Source: a virus. Taken from it: a DNA stretch of 64,000 nt. Both the position numbers and the translations under genes were made by a program. The notes under the pieces were generated by a model. It was not told the DNA's origin and made no database searches. It saw nothing but the letters and a program-made list of their open reading frames with translations. Location of the stretch: IMG/VR virus record IMGVR_UViG_3300015615_001152, positions 321-64,320 of that record. The stretch is one strand, 5' to 3'. This document shows positions 17,888-27,842 of the stretch, piece by piece; position 1 is the first letter of the stretch, and each line of letters begins with the position of its first letter.

Positions 17888-20800
17888 CTACGGGCTCGGC
17901 CGTTTCTGCGTGTCCTGCTGCAGCTTGCGCAACTTCTCCACGTTGGCGTCGCGGCGGCGGTCGAACGTCTCGTCGTCAATGCCCTGACGCTGCCGCTGGC
18001 GAGCGTAGGCGTTGATCGTGGCGCCGATCTCACGACGCTGCGCGGCGGTTTCGACGCTGACGCGCTGCATGGCCACGTCTTCGGGGTAGGCGCCGACTTT
18101 GACGCCGACCGCGTTCAGGACCGCCTGCGCGAGGCTGAGTTCGCGGCCGAACGGGTCGGTGACGCCGGTGCCGGCGTTCATGATTCCCGTGGCAGCATAG
18201 GTGTCGAGTTGGCCAGGATCAAGATCTACGCCTAGCGTTCGCGCGAGCGCGCCCACCGTGGGCAACGGAATGTTGGGCATCACGGCCTTGTACAGCCAGT
18301 CGGCCGTGCGCACCGATCGCTCCCAGGCAGTGTCCGTTTCCTTGCCGATGTTCTTGCCCGTGAACAGGGAAGTGTTCGAGAAGAATTCGGCCATCAGGGT
18401 CGGGATTCCGCCAATGCTCATCCACTGCGGCATGGGGATGGCGCTGTGCGACTGCTCGATGTCGGCGATGTCGCCTACCGGGATCCAGCGACGAATGTCG
18501 AGGAACACCGGCGCGGTCTGATCGTCGTTCCATGGCATGCGGATCAACTTCGGCGTGACACCCAAGCTGCCGTAACCCCAGATGTTGCCACCCTTCTCCT
18601 TCGGCAGGAGCGCGCGCTCCTTGTCCTCGTCGCCCCCCGACATCGCGTAGCCGGCGTAATTGAGCGCCTGCATAGCGATCATCAGGCTGAGAACCTTCCA
18701 CGGCTTGTTCTTCACCGTGTCGTAGAGCTTCGGCATCGCGCGGTAACTGAAGGCCACGAACGGCAGCACCGTTTTTCGGATCGCGGTGATCCACGGCGCG
18801 TTGATGCTGTAGTCGAGGAACGACTCCTGCGCGAAGCGGCCGGCCTGCTCATCGGTTTGGCCGTCTGCCTTCGCCTTGATGAAGGCAGCGAGCCGAAACA
18901 CAGTGTCCTCGGCGCCGTAGACCTTGATCATGGCATCGGCAAGGGCGACCGGCGAGCGCGCCAACTTGCCGCGGCCGAGCGCGGCCAGCGCTTGGCGCTT
19001 CTCGCCCTCCTTCCAGAGGTCGATTGCCGCCGAAAGGTTGAGGAGCCCGTTGAGGTTGTTCTGTGCCAGCACCTCGTCCTCGAGGGACTTCAACAGCGAT
19101 TCGAGCTCGCCCTTCTGTAGTTCCTGGAACGCGTACGAGCCTACGTCGCCGCCGTGCGTCTTGTAGGCCTCCCAGAGTGCTTTCGCGCCGTCGTCGCGGT
19201 TCATGCGCGCGATCGCGGACAACGCCTTGAACAGGTGCGTGCTCTGCACATCCGCCCAGTTCATGAACACGAAGTTCGAGATGACGTTGTTGGTATGCAC
19301 CGCCGGCGAGAGGCTCGTCTTCGAGATCTTCCACCAGTTCTGCAGCTTGTCGTAGGCCTGGCCAAGCGGGCTCGAGAAGAAGGTCTCGCCGCCGACGTTG
19401 CGGACGTCGTTCCAGACCGGGCCTGGCACGTATTTTCCGGCGAGTTGCCCGTACTTTCGGACGTCGGTGCCCTCGGCTTTCGTGTCCGGCACCTTCACCC
19501 AAGAGCCCTTCGGGAAGGTGGTCAGCTTCGCCTTGATGCGCTCTTCGTCGGTCATCGGCTCCGCGCCGGCTGGCAACTGGTCGAGTTCCTTCGCATAGCC
19601 CTTGGCCAGCCACTCGAAATACTTGCTGACCTCGGTGTCCTGTACCGACATCTGCATGGTGCGCACCAGCGCGTAACGGATGTCGTCGATCTCGCCCATG
19701 CGGCGGCGCTCGGACTCCGTGAAGTCGCGCCACATCATGGCACGACCGTTCTTCACGTCGCGCAGCTCCCACGTGGCGCCGTCGGCGTGATAGCTGGCGT
19801 AGCGATCTGGGATGGCCTCGCCCGCCGGCCAGTAGACGACGTCGCGCAGGCGGCCCAGCGTACCCGGGTCGGGCGACTTCTCGCGCGACTCGAGCCGCGT
19901 AAACGTCTCGCCACGCCACGCCTCTGGCACCTTGCTGCCGGCGAGTTGCGCGCGCCACGCTGGCGGCAGCCACTTGGCCATGTCATCGGCCGTCAGCTGG
20001 TCGACCAGGCCGCGGGTTTTGTACTGGTCACCCTTGATGCGTAGCGCGCGAGCGGCGGCCGCTTTTTTGTCGTCCTTCTCGGCGAGTTCGTATTTCTTGT
20101 AGCTGCGGTGCAGGTAGCTCCACTCGTTGCGCTTGAACGTCTCGGCGTCCAGATTGCCGAGGCGCACCTGTTCGGCGCCGAGCTCGCGCATCAGGCGCTT
20201 GATCTCCTGCAGGGCGTCCCGGGAGTCGGGGCGCAGATCCTTGATGAGGGCGTCGACCTCAGCCGGGTCGCTTGTCGTCGCGGCGCGGTACAGCACCGAC
20301 GACTCGGCGCGGGTCAGCGTGCCCATCTTGTCGAGCAGCCGCATGGTCTGCCGGGCGCCGCCCATGATCGCCGAGTTCATGGCTCGGCGCTGGTCGATCA
20401 CGGCGTTATCGAGGCCGTACTTGTCGATCACGCCGGCCTTGATGGTCTCGGTCAGGTCTGGCGCGATGCGGTGTGCGGCGTAGCCGCCGGCCATCTCGAC
20501 CAGATTGAAGGCGCCGCGCCACACGTTCAGCGCGCGCGACTTCTCGAGCAGCACGCGCAGCGGTGTGTCGAGCAGTCCCACCTTTGGGGACACGGCAGGG
20601 CGCGGCGGCGTCGCAAATGCCGCCTTGATCTTGGACTTGACGGACGGCGCGGCCGACGGGGTGGCCTCCTTCGCTGCCGGGGCCGTCCGCTGAGCCGCGA
20701 GCGGCCGTGCGGCGACGGCGGCAGCGCGTGGCCGCGCGGCGTCGCCACGCCGGATCCAGTCCCGCGCTGGCACGATGTAGTTCGCGATGATGTCGCCGTC

Positions 20801-21595
20801 GCTGAGTTTGAGCACGCCGCGCAGTGCCGGGAAGTTCTCGAGCAGCCACGCCTTGACGGCGCGGATGGCTCGCTTCACCAGCCCGGCTTCCTTCACGTTC
20901 GGCATGGATTCGGCCATCTCGGCGAGTACTTCCTCGGCAGCCGATCGGCGATCTTCCTTGACCATCGCCTTGAGGATCGCGCGCGCCGAGCGCTTGGCGC
21001 CGCTGGCATCGGTGTCCGTGGCCATGCCGTAGGCAACGGCCTTGGCTGCGACCTCGGCGGCGCGCGTGTCCGCCACTGCGTCGAGGATCGAATTCAGGCG
21101 CTTTCCGAACAGCCCGCGCAGACCACGGTGTCCGAGCACTTCGTGTGCGACCGTGCCGAAGATCGAGATAGGGTCGGTCGCGGCCGCGGCGACGACATAG
21201 ACGGTGCCGTCTGGAGTGATGAAGCCCTTGACATCGCCGGGTTGGGTGCCGGCGTCGGTCGCCGCCTTCGTCTCGCGCTGGTACTTGTCGAAGACATCGG
21301 CCGGCGCATCCTCCATGGACGCGATGACCTTGATCTCGGGCGCGTTGCGCCACGTCTTGACCAAGGCTTTGACCATCGCTCGGACTGCTTCGACAGGCAG
21401 GCCTTGAGCGGCCGCTCCCGACTCACGGACGCCTTCGGTGCGCACGCGCGCGATCAGCGCGTCAACGGCGGCACGCGCGGCGCTCTCGGGCGTCTGGCCG
21501 CCGTCGATGAGGCGCTGCGCTTCGCTGAGAAGCGCACTGCGGTCGGCATCGCTGATCGCGGCACCAGCCTTTTCGAGGCAGGACGTCAGGCTCAT
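17888..21595 (-). CDS. Large polyvalent/ejection-type protein with zincin-like metallopeptidase domain
   Basis: VKGF...VYVV...AHEVLGHRGLRGLFG...EEVLAEMAE; C-terminal FLDYS...LPFVAFSY region like phage polyvalent proteins. Confidence 0.75.
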   Translation of the reverse strand: MSLTSCLEKAGAAISDADRSALLSEAQRLIDGGQTPESAARAAVDALIARVRTEGVRESGAAAQGLPVEAVRAMVKALVKTWRNAPEIKVIASMEDAPADVFDKYQRETKAATDAGTQPGDVKGFITPDGTVYVVAAAATDPISIFGTVAHEVLGHRGLRGLFGKRLNSILDAVADTRAAEVAAKAVAYGMATDTDASGAKRSARAILKAMVKEDRRSAAEEVLAEMAESMPNVKEAGLVKRAIRAVKAWLLENFPALRGVLKLSDGDIIANYIVPARDWIRRGDAARPRAAAVAARPLAAQRTAPAAKEATPSAAPSVKSKIKAAFATPPRPAVSPKVGLLDTPLRVLLEKSRALNVWRGAFNLVEMAGGYAAHRIAPDLTETIKAGVIDKYGLDNAVIDQRRAMNSAIMGGARQTMRLLDKMGTLTRAESSVLYRAATTSDPAEVDALIKDLRPDSRDALQEIKRLMRELGAEQVRLGNLDAETFKRNEWSYLHRSYKKYELAEKDDKKAAAARALRIKGDQYKTRGLVDQLTADDMAKWLPPAWRAQLAGSKVPEAWRGETFTRLESREKSPDPGTLGRLRDVVYWPAGEAIPDRYASYHADGATWELRDVKNGRAMMWRDFTESERRRMGEIDDIRYALVRTMQMSVQDTEVSKYFEWLAKGYAKELDQLPAGAEPMTDEERIKAKLTTFPKGSWVKVPDTKAEGTDVRKYGQLAGKYVPGPVWNDVRNVGGETFFSSPLGQAYDKLQNWWKISKTSLSPAVHTNNVISNFVFMNWADVQSTHLFKALSAIARMNRDDGAKALWEAYKTHGGDVGSYAFQELQKGELESLLKSLEDEVLAQNNLNGLLNLSAAIDLWKEGEKRQALAALGRGKLARSPVALADAMIKVYGAEDTVFRLAAFIKAKADGQTDEQAGRFAQESFLDYSINAPWITAIRKTVLPFVAFSYRAMPKLYDTVKNKPWKVLSLMIAMQALNYAGYAMSGGDEDKERALLPKEKGGNIWGYGSLGVTPKLIRMPWNDDQTAPVFLDIRRWIPVGDIADIEQSHSAIPMPQWMSIGGIPTLMAEFFSNTSLFTGKNIGKETDTAWERSVRTADWLYKAVMPNIPLPTVGALARTLGVDLDPGQLDTYAATGIMNAGTGVTDPFGRELSLAQAVLNAVGVKVGAYPEDVAMQRVSVETAAQRREIGATINAYARQRQRQGIDDETFDRRRDANVEKLRKLQQDTQKRPSP

Positions 21596-21598
21596 GCT

Positions 21599-23788
21599 TT
21601 AGAGCGAGTCCAAGTAAGCGAAGTTCTGCATCTTCTCGGCGGGCGTCAGGCCGCGGTTGTAGCCCAGCACTTCCTTGAAACGGGCCGCGCAAGGGTTCGA
21701 GCCGTCGTAGCGCGCACCCAGGGTCAGGCCGCCTGCATTCGCGAAGCCACCCCACGATCCCATCAGCGCGTCCTCGCCACTGAGCTGCAGCACCTGCATT
21801 CTCGGCACGCCAGAAAGATCCGTGGTGCCTGTATACAGCGAGAAGTAAGAGCCCGTAGGCACGCCCAGCGTCTGAACGGCGATCGACCCTGTGACCTGGA
21901 AGATGGACAGTCGCGGCGAAGCATTCAGCGCTGTGAACTGCGCGTTGTTGACCAGACCGTCGCAGATGACACGCCCCGAGGTGAACGTGTTCACCATCAT
22001 CCGCGCCATCACGTTCAACTTGTAGTCGAGGCCAAAGCTGGCCATCGCCATGAAGTCATTCACGCCATCAAACGATATGGTCCCGTCGCCTTGCTTGGTT
22101 GGCTGATTTGCCCCCGTCGCCTGAACAAGGTTGTTGCCGTTGCCCGACTGGTCGGCCCACGCCGATACCGCGTTGGCGACATCGGTGATTCCGGTGTTCT
22201 GCATGAAACGGAACACCAGCCCCGACGTGACCGGCGTGAGGGTGCCAAGCACATTGATGTAGAACTGTCGCACACGCGGCGATGATCCGTTCGCGTTGGT
22301 CGCGGTCAGCTTCGGTGCATAGTTCCCGGCAACCGTGTAATTGTTGGTCGGGTTCGTGGCCGTCGAATCGGTCGAGCCGTTGTTGTCGAAGTCCCATGCG
22401 TACGAGGTTGCGCCGCTCGATGCATTCGTAAAGGTCGCGTTGACAGCGGTGCCGTTGATGGGCGAAGCCGTGAACTTTGCGTAAGGCTTCGTGGCGATTG
22501 CTTGATAACCAGCGTACATGGCCGCCGCGACGAACGGCAGTGCCGCATCCTTGAGGTGCAGAAGATCTGTCTGGTAGTACGTCGTATTGCCTGTATTCGC
22601 AAGTTGCGGCACGGACTCGAGGTCCACCACGGTGTCGAACCACTCGCCTGGCTGGTTGTTTCGCAGCTCGTTGTTGAAGCTCTGCACCGACGTGCTAGTC
22701 GGCATGTAACAGACACCGATCGAGCGCACATTCTGCTGACGGCCGCGCAGGAAGCACGAACCGTACAGCCTGGAGTAGTCGATGTAGGTTGACGGTCCAA
22801 CGTCATTCGTGGCGTTGAGAACGCTCAGGAAGTTGTTGCCTGGGCACCCATAGACATCCACGTAGCTGCCGTTGATGTTTGCGGCCACATTCGCCATCGG
22901 TACGGCGGAGATCCCCGTATTGAAGACTTTGACCGACGGAATCATGCCTGCAAGGATCCATGGCCAGGTTTGGCCGTTGGTGACTCGGAAGCCCTCGGTG
23001 TTGGAGTCACCTACACAGTTCCAGCCGTCATTGCCGAAGTTTGCGGCGCCACACGCGGCCGCAGCGGCTGCGCGAAGTTGATTCCAGTTCGCGTCAGACA
23101 GCCGCGAATTGAAGTGCGCGTACTGGTAGAAAAGCATCTGCTTCCCGGCCAGATCCGAGCTGATCCCAATGGTGGGCGCGCGCTGCGCGATCGCTGGCAC
23201 CGCGCCCGATGGGGTGGAGCCGTAGTTGACGCCGCAGACGTACAGGTCCACAAAACCCGAGTTGTTGGTGCGCCACGCGACAAACCCGTATCGGCACGGA
23301 TACGCCGTGTTCGCGCCTGAGTAATACCAGCCCGTGACAGGCATCATGCCGAACGGCGTCAGCTGGACGTCACAGATGATGACGCCGGCCGCGTTCTGCA
23401 TACTGGCGCCGGTGGCCGAGGCAGGTGCCAAAAAGCGCCGCGGATCACCGACAGTGATTGCGTCCTGGTGCTGGAACAGCACATAGTTGGACTGAGCGAT
23501 CGGCTGAGAACCGGCAGTCGCTTGGATCGCGGGCCGGCCGCCGCCACTCTTGTCGTTGAGCCAGCCGAACTTGGCGCCGATTGCAGGCGCCCCGCCGCTG
23601 CCGTCGCTGTTTACCGCACGTTGCGAATTGTCGGTACCGTCGTACCAGATGCCGGTTTCGCCGCCCGTGTAGAGCGACTGGACAAAGCTGTTGAATGCAG
23701 CGTACGGACTCGAAGCGGTGCGCGGTCGGTATTGCAGCGGTGTCGTTCGCGCCGGCCGCATCGGCGATCGAATCGCGCTGCGAATCAT
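21599..23788 (-). CDS. Multi-domain SGNH hydrolase + PKD + LamG-like protein (possible tail appendage/esterase)
   Basis: VGDSNTEG, NTGIS, ATND, DLLH (SGNH blocks); SYAWDFDN...NPT..Y...G.Y (PKD); WADQSGNGN...FDGVND (LamG-like). Confidence 0.75.
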   Translation of the reverse strand: MIRSAIRSPMRPARTTPLQYRPRTASSPYAAFNSFVQSLYTGGETGIWYDGTDNSQRAVNSDGSGGAPAIGAKFGWLNDKSGGGRPAIQATAGSQPIAQSNYVLFQHQDAITVGDPRRFLAPASATGASMQNAAGVIICDVQLTPFGMMPVTGWYYSGANTAYPCRYGFVAWRTNNSGFVDLYVCGVNYGSTPSGAVPAIAQRAPTIGISSDLAGKQMLFYQYAHFNSRLSDANWNQLRAAAAAACGAANFGNDGWNCVGDSNTEGFRVTNGQTWPWILAGMIPSVKVFNTGISAVPMANVAANINGSYVDVYGCPGNNFLSVLNATNDVGPSTYIDYSRLYGSCFLRGRQQNVRSIGVCYMPTSTSVQSFNNELRNNQPGEWFDTVVDLESVPQLANTGNTTYYQTDLLHLKDAALPFVAAAMYAGYQAIATKPYAKFTASPINGTAVNATFTNASSGATSYAWDFDNNGSTDSTATNPTNNYTVAGNYAPKLTATNANGSSPRVRQFYINVLGTLTPVTSGLVFRFMQNTGITDVANAVSAWADQSGNGNNLVQATGANQPTKQGDGTISFDGVNDFMAMASFGLDYKLNVMARMMVNTFTSGRVICDGLVNNAQFTALNASPRLSIFQVTGSIAVQTLGVPTGSYFSLYTGTTDLSGVPRMQVLQLSGEDALMGSWGGFANAGGLTLGARYDGSNPCAARFKEVLGYNRGLTPAEKMQNFAYLDSL

Positions 23789-24024
23789 TGGTTTGCAGAG
23801 AATGTGGCTGCGACATTACCCAGCTTCTTGACCTGATACACGCAGTCAGCGCTAGGGTTATCGACCACCACGGCCTGATCAGCCTGAATGTCGCCTACGA
23901 GCGCGTACACCGTTTGCGGCGGGTTCTTGCGTACCAGCCGCACCGGGCCGCCGCTGCAGGACAGAGAAAAGGAGCCCGCAGCCGGCGTGAAGTCGGCGTC
24001 GAATGTCGAAGAGATGGATGCCAT
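23785..24024 (-). CDS. Small beta-rich hypothetical protein
   Basis: GGAG RBS; ATGA overlap with the SGNH gene. Confidence 0.65.
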   Translation of the reverse strand: MASISSTFDADFTPAAGSFSLSCSGGPVRLVRKNPPQTVYALVGDIQADQAVVVDNPSADCVYQVKKLGNVAATFSANQ

Positions 24025-24098
24025 GGGATGCTCCGCGGAACGTGTCTAATGGGGCTATCCCACTATTCCACGGAGCACTTATTTGCACTAGTAATAAA

Positions 24099-27000
24099 TC
24101 AGCCGAGGCAGGTGCGCAACTGTTGCAGCCCGGACAGGCGCTTAAGGCGTGCCGTGATCTCGGGCGGGGTACTGCTGCCACGCTTGTACAGAGTCTTGCC
24201 TGCCGTTGAGTCACCGATTGATGCGCGGGACCTGCCCTGGGCGTCCAATACATCAACCACCTTCACGTTAACGCGCGCCAGCATGGTTCCGATGTTTTTG
24301 GCCCCGTCGATCTGACCGCCATCGTTCGCGAGCGCGTTTTCCCGCTGCGTGGTGATGATCGCGAAGTGCGCCCGTGACCGATACGCTGCGGCGATGACAT
24401 CTCGGCCCAGTTCCTTGCCACGCAAGGCCCGCGCATCCTCCATGGAGATCGGCAAAAACCCGGTTGGATGCAGCTGACCATCGACGAACACGATGCCTTG
24501 TTCGCCCTGCGCGATGTCCGCCACCCCCTTCAGCGCGGATTGCGGGGACGTCATCTTCGGACCGAGATAGTCGGTTTTCTCAATGACCTCTTCCAGGTAG
24601 GTGACGCGATGCGACTCCGACGGCAGGGTGAGTGGCGCGCTCTCGTGAACGCGCCTTTCGCTATATCCTGCATACCCGCGATGCGTCACCGCCACGATTC
24701 CACGGTATGCTGGGCCCACTCCTTCGGCGCTCGCCGCGATCGAACGCGACATCTTGGTGTCAGCGTCGCTCAACTCGTGGTTGCCGTTCGGGTGATTGTG
24801 CGCGATGAAGAACTCCCGCGCCCCCTTGATGGCGGTCACAAACTTCAGGATCTCCGCCGGAAAGACGGACGCCTGGCTGGAAGCGCCTGCGAACATTCGC
24901 TGCACCGCCAGGATGCGTCCGTCATCCCCCGTCACCAGAACATCGACGTGTTCGCGCACCAGCTCTGCCAGCGACCCCATTGCTGCGGCGGCGTCTTTGA
25001 GGGTGCGAACCCGCGACACTGCGATGTCGCGGGTGACAGCGGGGCGAAGCGTTACTCCAGTGGAGTATCGACCTGGAAGGTCGCGCTGTGCGGCCCGGTC
25101 GACAGCGGCGCGTGCGTCGACGCCTTCGGGTCCAGAGGAACCGATCCGTCCAACCAGATCTGCTCGATCACTGGCTGGTACGTCACTGGCGAAGAGACTT
25201 TGCTGTCCATAAGTTGATTCTGCCTCGGTCGGGCGGGGTTGTCCATCCGGCGCTACCCCTGAGCCATCGCGTGCCGGTTCAGCTGCATGAGCCACACCCG
25301 CTGAGCCGTTGGATGCAGTTCCACGGGGAACCTCCCCGGGACGTGGCGCATCAGCGCCCGCACGCGCCGCGCTGTGGCGCGTTCCATCTGCCCCGTTCGA
25401 CGCAACAGCGCGATCGCCTGATGCCCGTTCATCTCGAACGGCTGCCGATCGGGTCGGAGCCACTCCATCGCCATCGGTGCCTTCTCCCTGCGCGCCGCGC
25501 GCGCCGTCGGTGCTATTTTGCAAATCGGCTTGCGCGGGATCGCTCGCGGACTTCCACTGCGTTATGTCCCCCAGCGGTTCGCGCTTTGCCCCGTCCTTCA
25601 CCCAAGACTTGAATGCTGCCATCGGCAGCCGCGAGATATCGCCGAGGCCGTTCCAGTCCTTCGCGTAGTTGCGCCGGTAGATGGCACGTGCCTCTTCCTC
25701 GGTGGCAGCACCGATGATGACCTTGTGTTCGTCCAGAGCCCCGGTCTTCGGGTCGACCTGATCGACCACGAACACAGGACCGCGATAGTCCTCCGGCGTG
25801 CCGGGTTTCACGAAGGCGTCAACGTGATCCTTGTCCTTGCCAATCGTGCCACGAATGTATCCGTAGTGATCGGCCATCGTGGTCTCCCACTTTGTACCGT
25901 CGGCTGCCGTGCCGCTGCGAATCGACCCTTCGGGATTCTCGATGGCCAGGTCGAGACCGGCGATTCGCGCGCGGCCCTTGGCATAGTTGCCGGCTTCCTT
26001 CTCTGCTTCCGTAGGCTCTGGCAGATCGTTCTGAGGCGAAGTCGCCGCCGCGTGCGCGCCGTCGTCGACCGTGCGCGGCGCGGCATAAGATGGCTTTTCT
26101 GGTGAAACCGCATCCGACTGCGGCTCAGGGGGCGATTCTGCCTTTTGTCGACTTTCTGCAGAATCGGGCTGCGCACCTGATTCAGACTGGCGCGCATCTG
26201 ATGAGTCGTTGAAGTTCGAAGGGGTGCCGAGCACAGACTCGGCCGGAACGGCGTCCTCGGGTACAGCACGAGGCTCTGCGCGCGGGGCGGCCGCCGGCGC
26301 ATCGGGCGACGCCTTTTTGCCTCCGGCTTCCGTCGCCGCCTTGATCGGCCCGCCCGACAGTGCCCCAAGGGCTGCGTCATCGTAGAGACCAGCGCCGATG
26401 CGATCGAGATCCAACTTCTCGCCGACAGCAACGCTCGCGGCGGCGCGCGCGCCGATCGACTCCGCGGGTTCCTGCGCGCCCTGTTCGGCGGCGCCCTTCA
26501 CGAAGCCTTTGAAGAGGGACTTCTTCGCCGCCTCGCCGGCGCCCTTGAAAAGCAGCCCATCGAGACTGCCGATCATCCCCTGCACGACCGACGCCCAGCG
26601 CGCGGCGTCAGCCGCCGTCGCGAGCCGCGCCTCTTCGGGTGACGCGCCCTGCTCAAGGTACTGCCGGTACACCGGGATCTTGTTGAGCTCCAGCGGGCTC
26701 ATTTTCTTGATGCGGCTGCCCTCTTCGTCGCCGCCCTCGTCAGCTGCCTGCGCGGCGCCCGCGACAGCACCGCCAGCCGGTCCCGCAATGACGCCTGCCG
26801 CGATGATCGGCGCCATCTGCCCGAACACCTGGCCGCCCTTGGCGATGAACTGCGACAGCGTCGCGCGCGGGTTGAGCACCGGCGCGTCGCCCTTGAGCGG
26901 GTTCCCCAGGAACAGCGGCTGTTCAATAGCCTTCTTGCCTTCGGCGCTGACCGGGAGCATCCAGTCGAGTACCTTGGCGCCGAACTCCTGCCACGGGCGC

Positions 27001-27839
27001 AGCTTGCCGTCGCGCTCGAGCTCGCGGTACGCGCGCACCTGCGCCTCGGTCGAAGGGTCAGCGCTGAACAGCTGCGCGAGCTTGCCGGCCAGCGGATCGG
27101 CGAGGCGATCAATGCTGTAGGTGCCGCGAACCAACGAGCCGACGCCCTCGGGCACCGAGCGCGCGATCGTCTTGGCAACATCGCCGGCGCCGACTTCCGC
27201 TGGCGCGCCGTCCTCGTAGGTGTCGTAGACCGTCCGCGGCCCAGCCTTCGCGCGCTCGATCGGGTCTTCCTCGATCGCAGGTATTGTCTTCGCGTCCATG
27301 CCGAGCGCGGTCTCGACTGTGCGATTCAGGCCCGCATGTGCGGTAACCGTGCGCTGGTTGACCAAGTCCTGCGCGACTCCGCGCTGCGCGCGCGCCACGA
27401 CACCGCTGCCTGTCGATTCGGCGATCGTCCGCTCGGGGTTCCCGCTTGCCTTGCGTTCGAGCGCAGAGAGACCTTGCGCGCTGAGCGGTGCGTACCGCGA
27501 CGCGCGCGTATCGACCGGCGTGCCGTCCATGCCGGCCATCACGCTGCGCGCGTTGCCAGCAGTCTGGGATGCGGCGTTCAGGCCGAGCGCGGCCGCGCTG
27601 GCTGCAGTGGGTCGGCCGGTGACCGCGTCCTTGATACGGGTCAGGACGCCTGGCTTGCTGAACTCATCGAACTTCTTGAGATGTGCGGCAACAGCAGCAT
27701 CGTCGCCGCCGGCGAGAAACGAGGCCTCGGCGAGCTTCTCACGATAGCCCATGCGCATTGCTTCGCGCTGGCTTGAGTCGGCGGACTGAAACTCCGGCGA
27801 GGCGGCGACATCGCCCCATTTCGGCAGTGCGTCTGCCAT
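24099..27839 (-). CDS. Polyvalent ejection-type protein with pyrophosphatase-like (InPase) and RadC-like JAB domains
   Basis: GNYAKG...IENPEGS.RSG...HYGYI.GT.G.D.DH.D...FVVDQ...DEHKV; E...AHNHPNG...S..D. Confidence 0.8.
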   Translation of the reverse strand: MADALPKWGDVAASPEFQSADSSQREAMRMGYREKLAEASFLAGGDDAAVAAHLKKFDEFSKPGVLTRIKDAVTGRPTAASAAALGLNAASQTAGNARSVMAGMDGTPVDTRASRYAPLSAQGLSALERKASGNPERTIAESTGSGVVARAQRGVAQDLVNQRTVTAHAGLNRTVETALGMDAKTIPAIEEDPIERAKAGPRTVYDTYEDGAPAEVGAGDVAKTIARSVPEGVGSLVRGTYSIDRLADPLAGKLAQLFSADPSTEAQVRAYRELERDGKLRPWQEFGAKVLDWMLPVSAEGKKAIEQPLFLGNPLKGDAPVLNPRATLSQFIAKGGQVFGQMAPIIAAGVIAGPAGGAVAGAAQAADEGGDEEGSRIKKMSPLELNKIPVYRQYLEQGASPEEARLATAADAARWASVVQGMIGSLDGLLFKGAGEAAKKSLFKGFVKGAAEQGAQEPAESIGARAAASVAVGEKLDLDRIGAGLYDDAALGALSGGPIKAATEAGGKKASPDAPAAAPRAEPRAVPEDAVPAESVLGTPSNFNDSSDARQSESGAQPDSAESRQKAESPPEPQSDAVSPEKPSYAAPRTVDDGAHAAATSPQNDLPEPTEAEKEAGNYAKGRARIAGLDLAIENPEGSIRSGTAADGTKWETTMADHYGYIRGTIGKDKDHVDAFVKPGTPEDYRGPVFVVDQVDPKTGALDEHKVIIGAATEEEARAIYRRNYAKDWNGLGDISRLPMAAFKSWVKDGAKREPLGDITQWKSASDPAQADLQNSTDGARGAQGEGTDGDGVAPTRSAAVRDERASGDRAVASNGADGTRHSAARAGADAPRPGEVPRGTASNGSAGVAHAAEPARDGSGVAPDGQPRPTEAESTYGQQSLFASDVPASDRADLVGRIGSSGPEGVDARAAVDRAAQRDLPGRYSTGVTLRPAVTRDIAVSRVRTLKDAAAAMGSLAELVREHVDVLVTGDDGRILAVQRMFAGASSQASVFPAEILKFVTAIKGAREFFIAHNHPNGNHELSDADTKMSRSIAASAEGVGPAYRGIVAVTHRGYAGYSERRVHESAPLTLPSESHRVTYLEEVIEKTDYLGPKMTSPQSALKGVADIAQGEQGIVFVDGQLHPTGFLPISMEDARALRGKELGRDVIAAAYRSRAHFAIITTQRENALANDGGQIDGAKNIGTMLARVNVKVVDVLDAQGRSRASIGDSTAGKTLYKRGSSTPPEITARLKRLSGLQQLRTCLG

Positions 27840-27842
27840 GGA

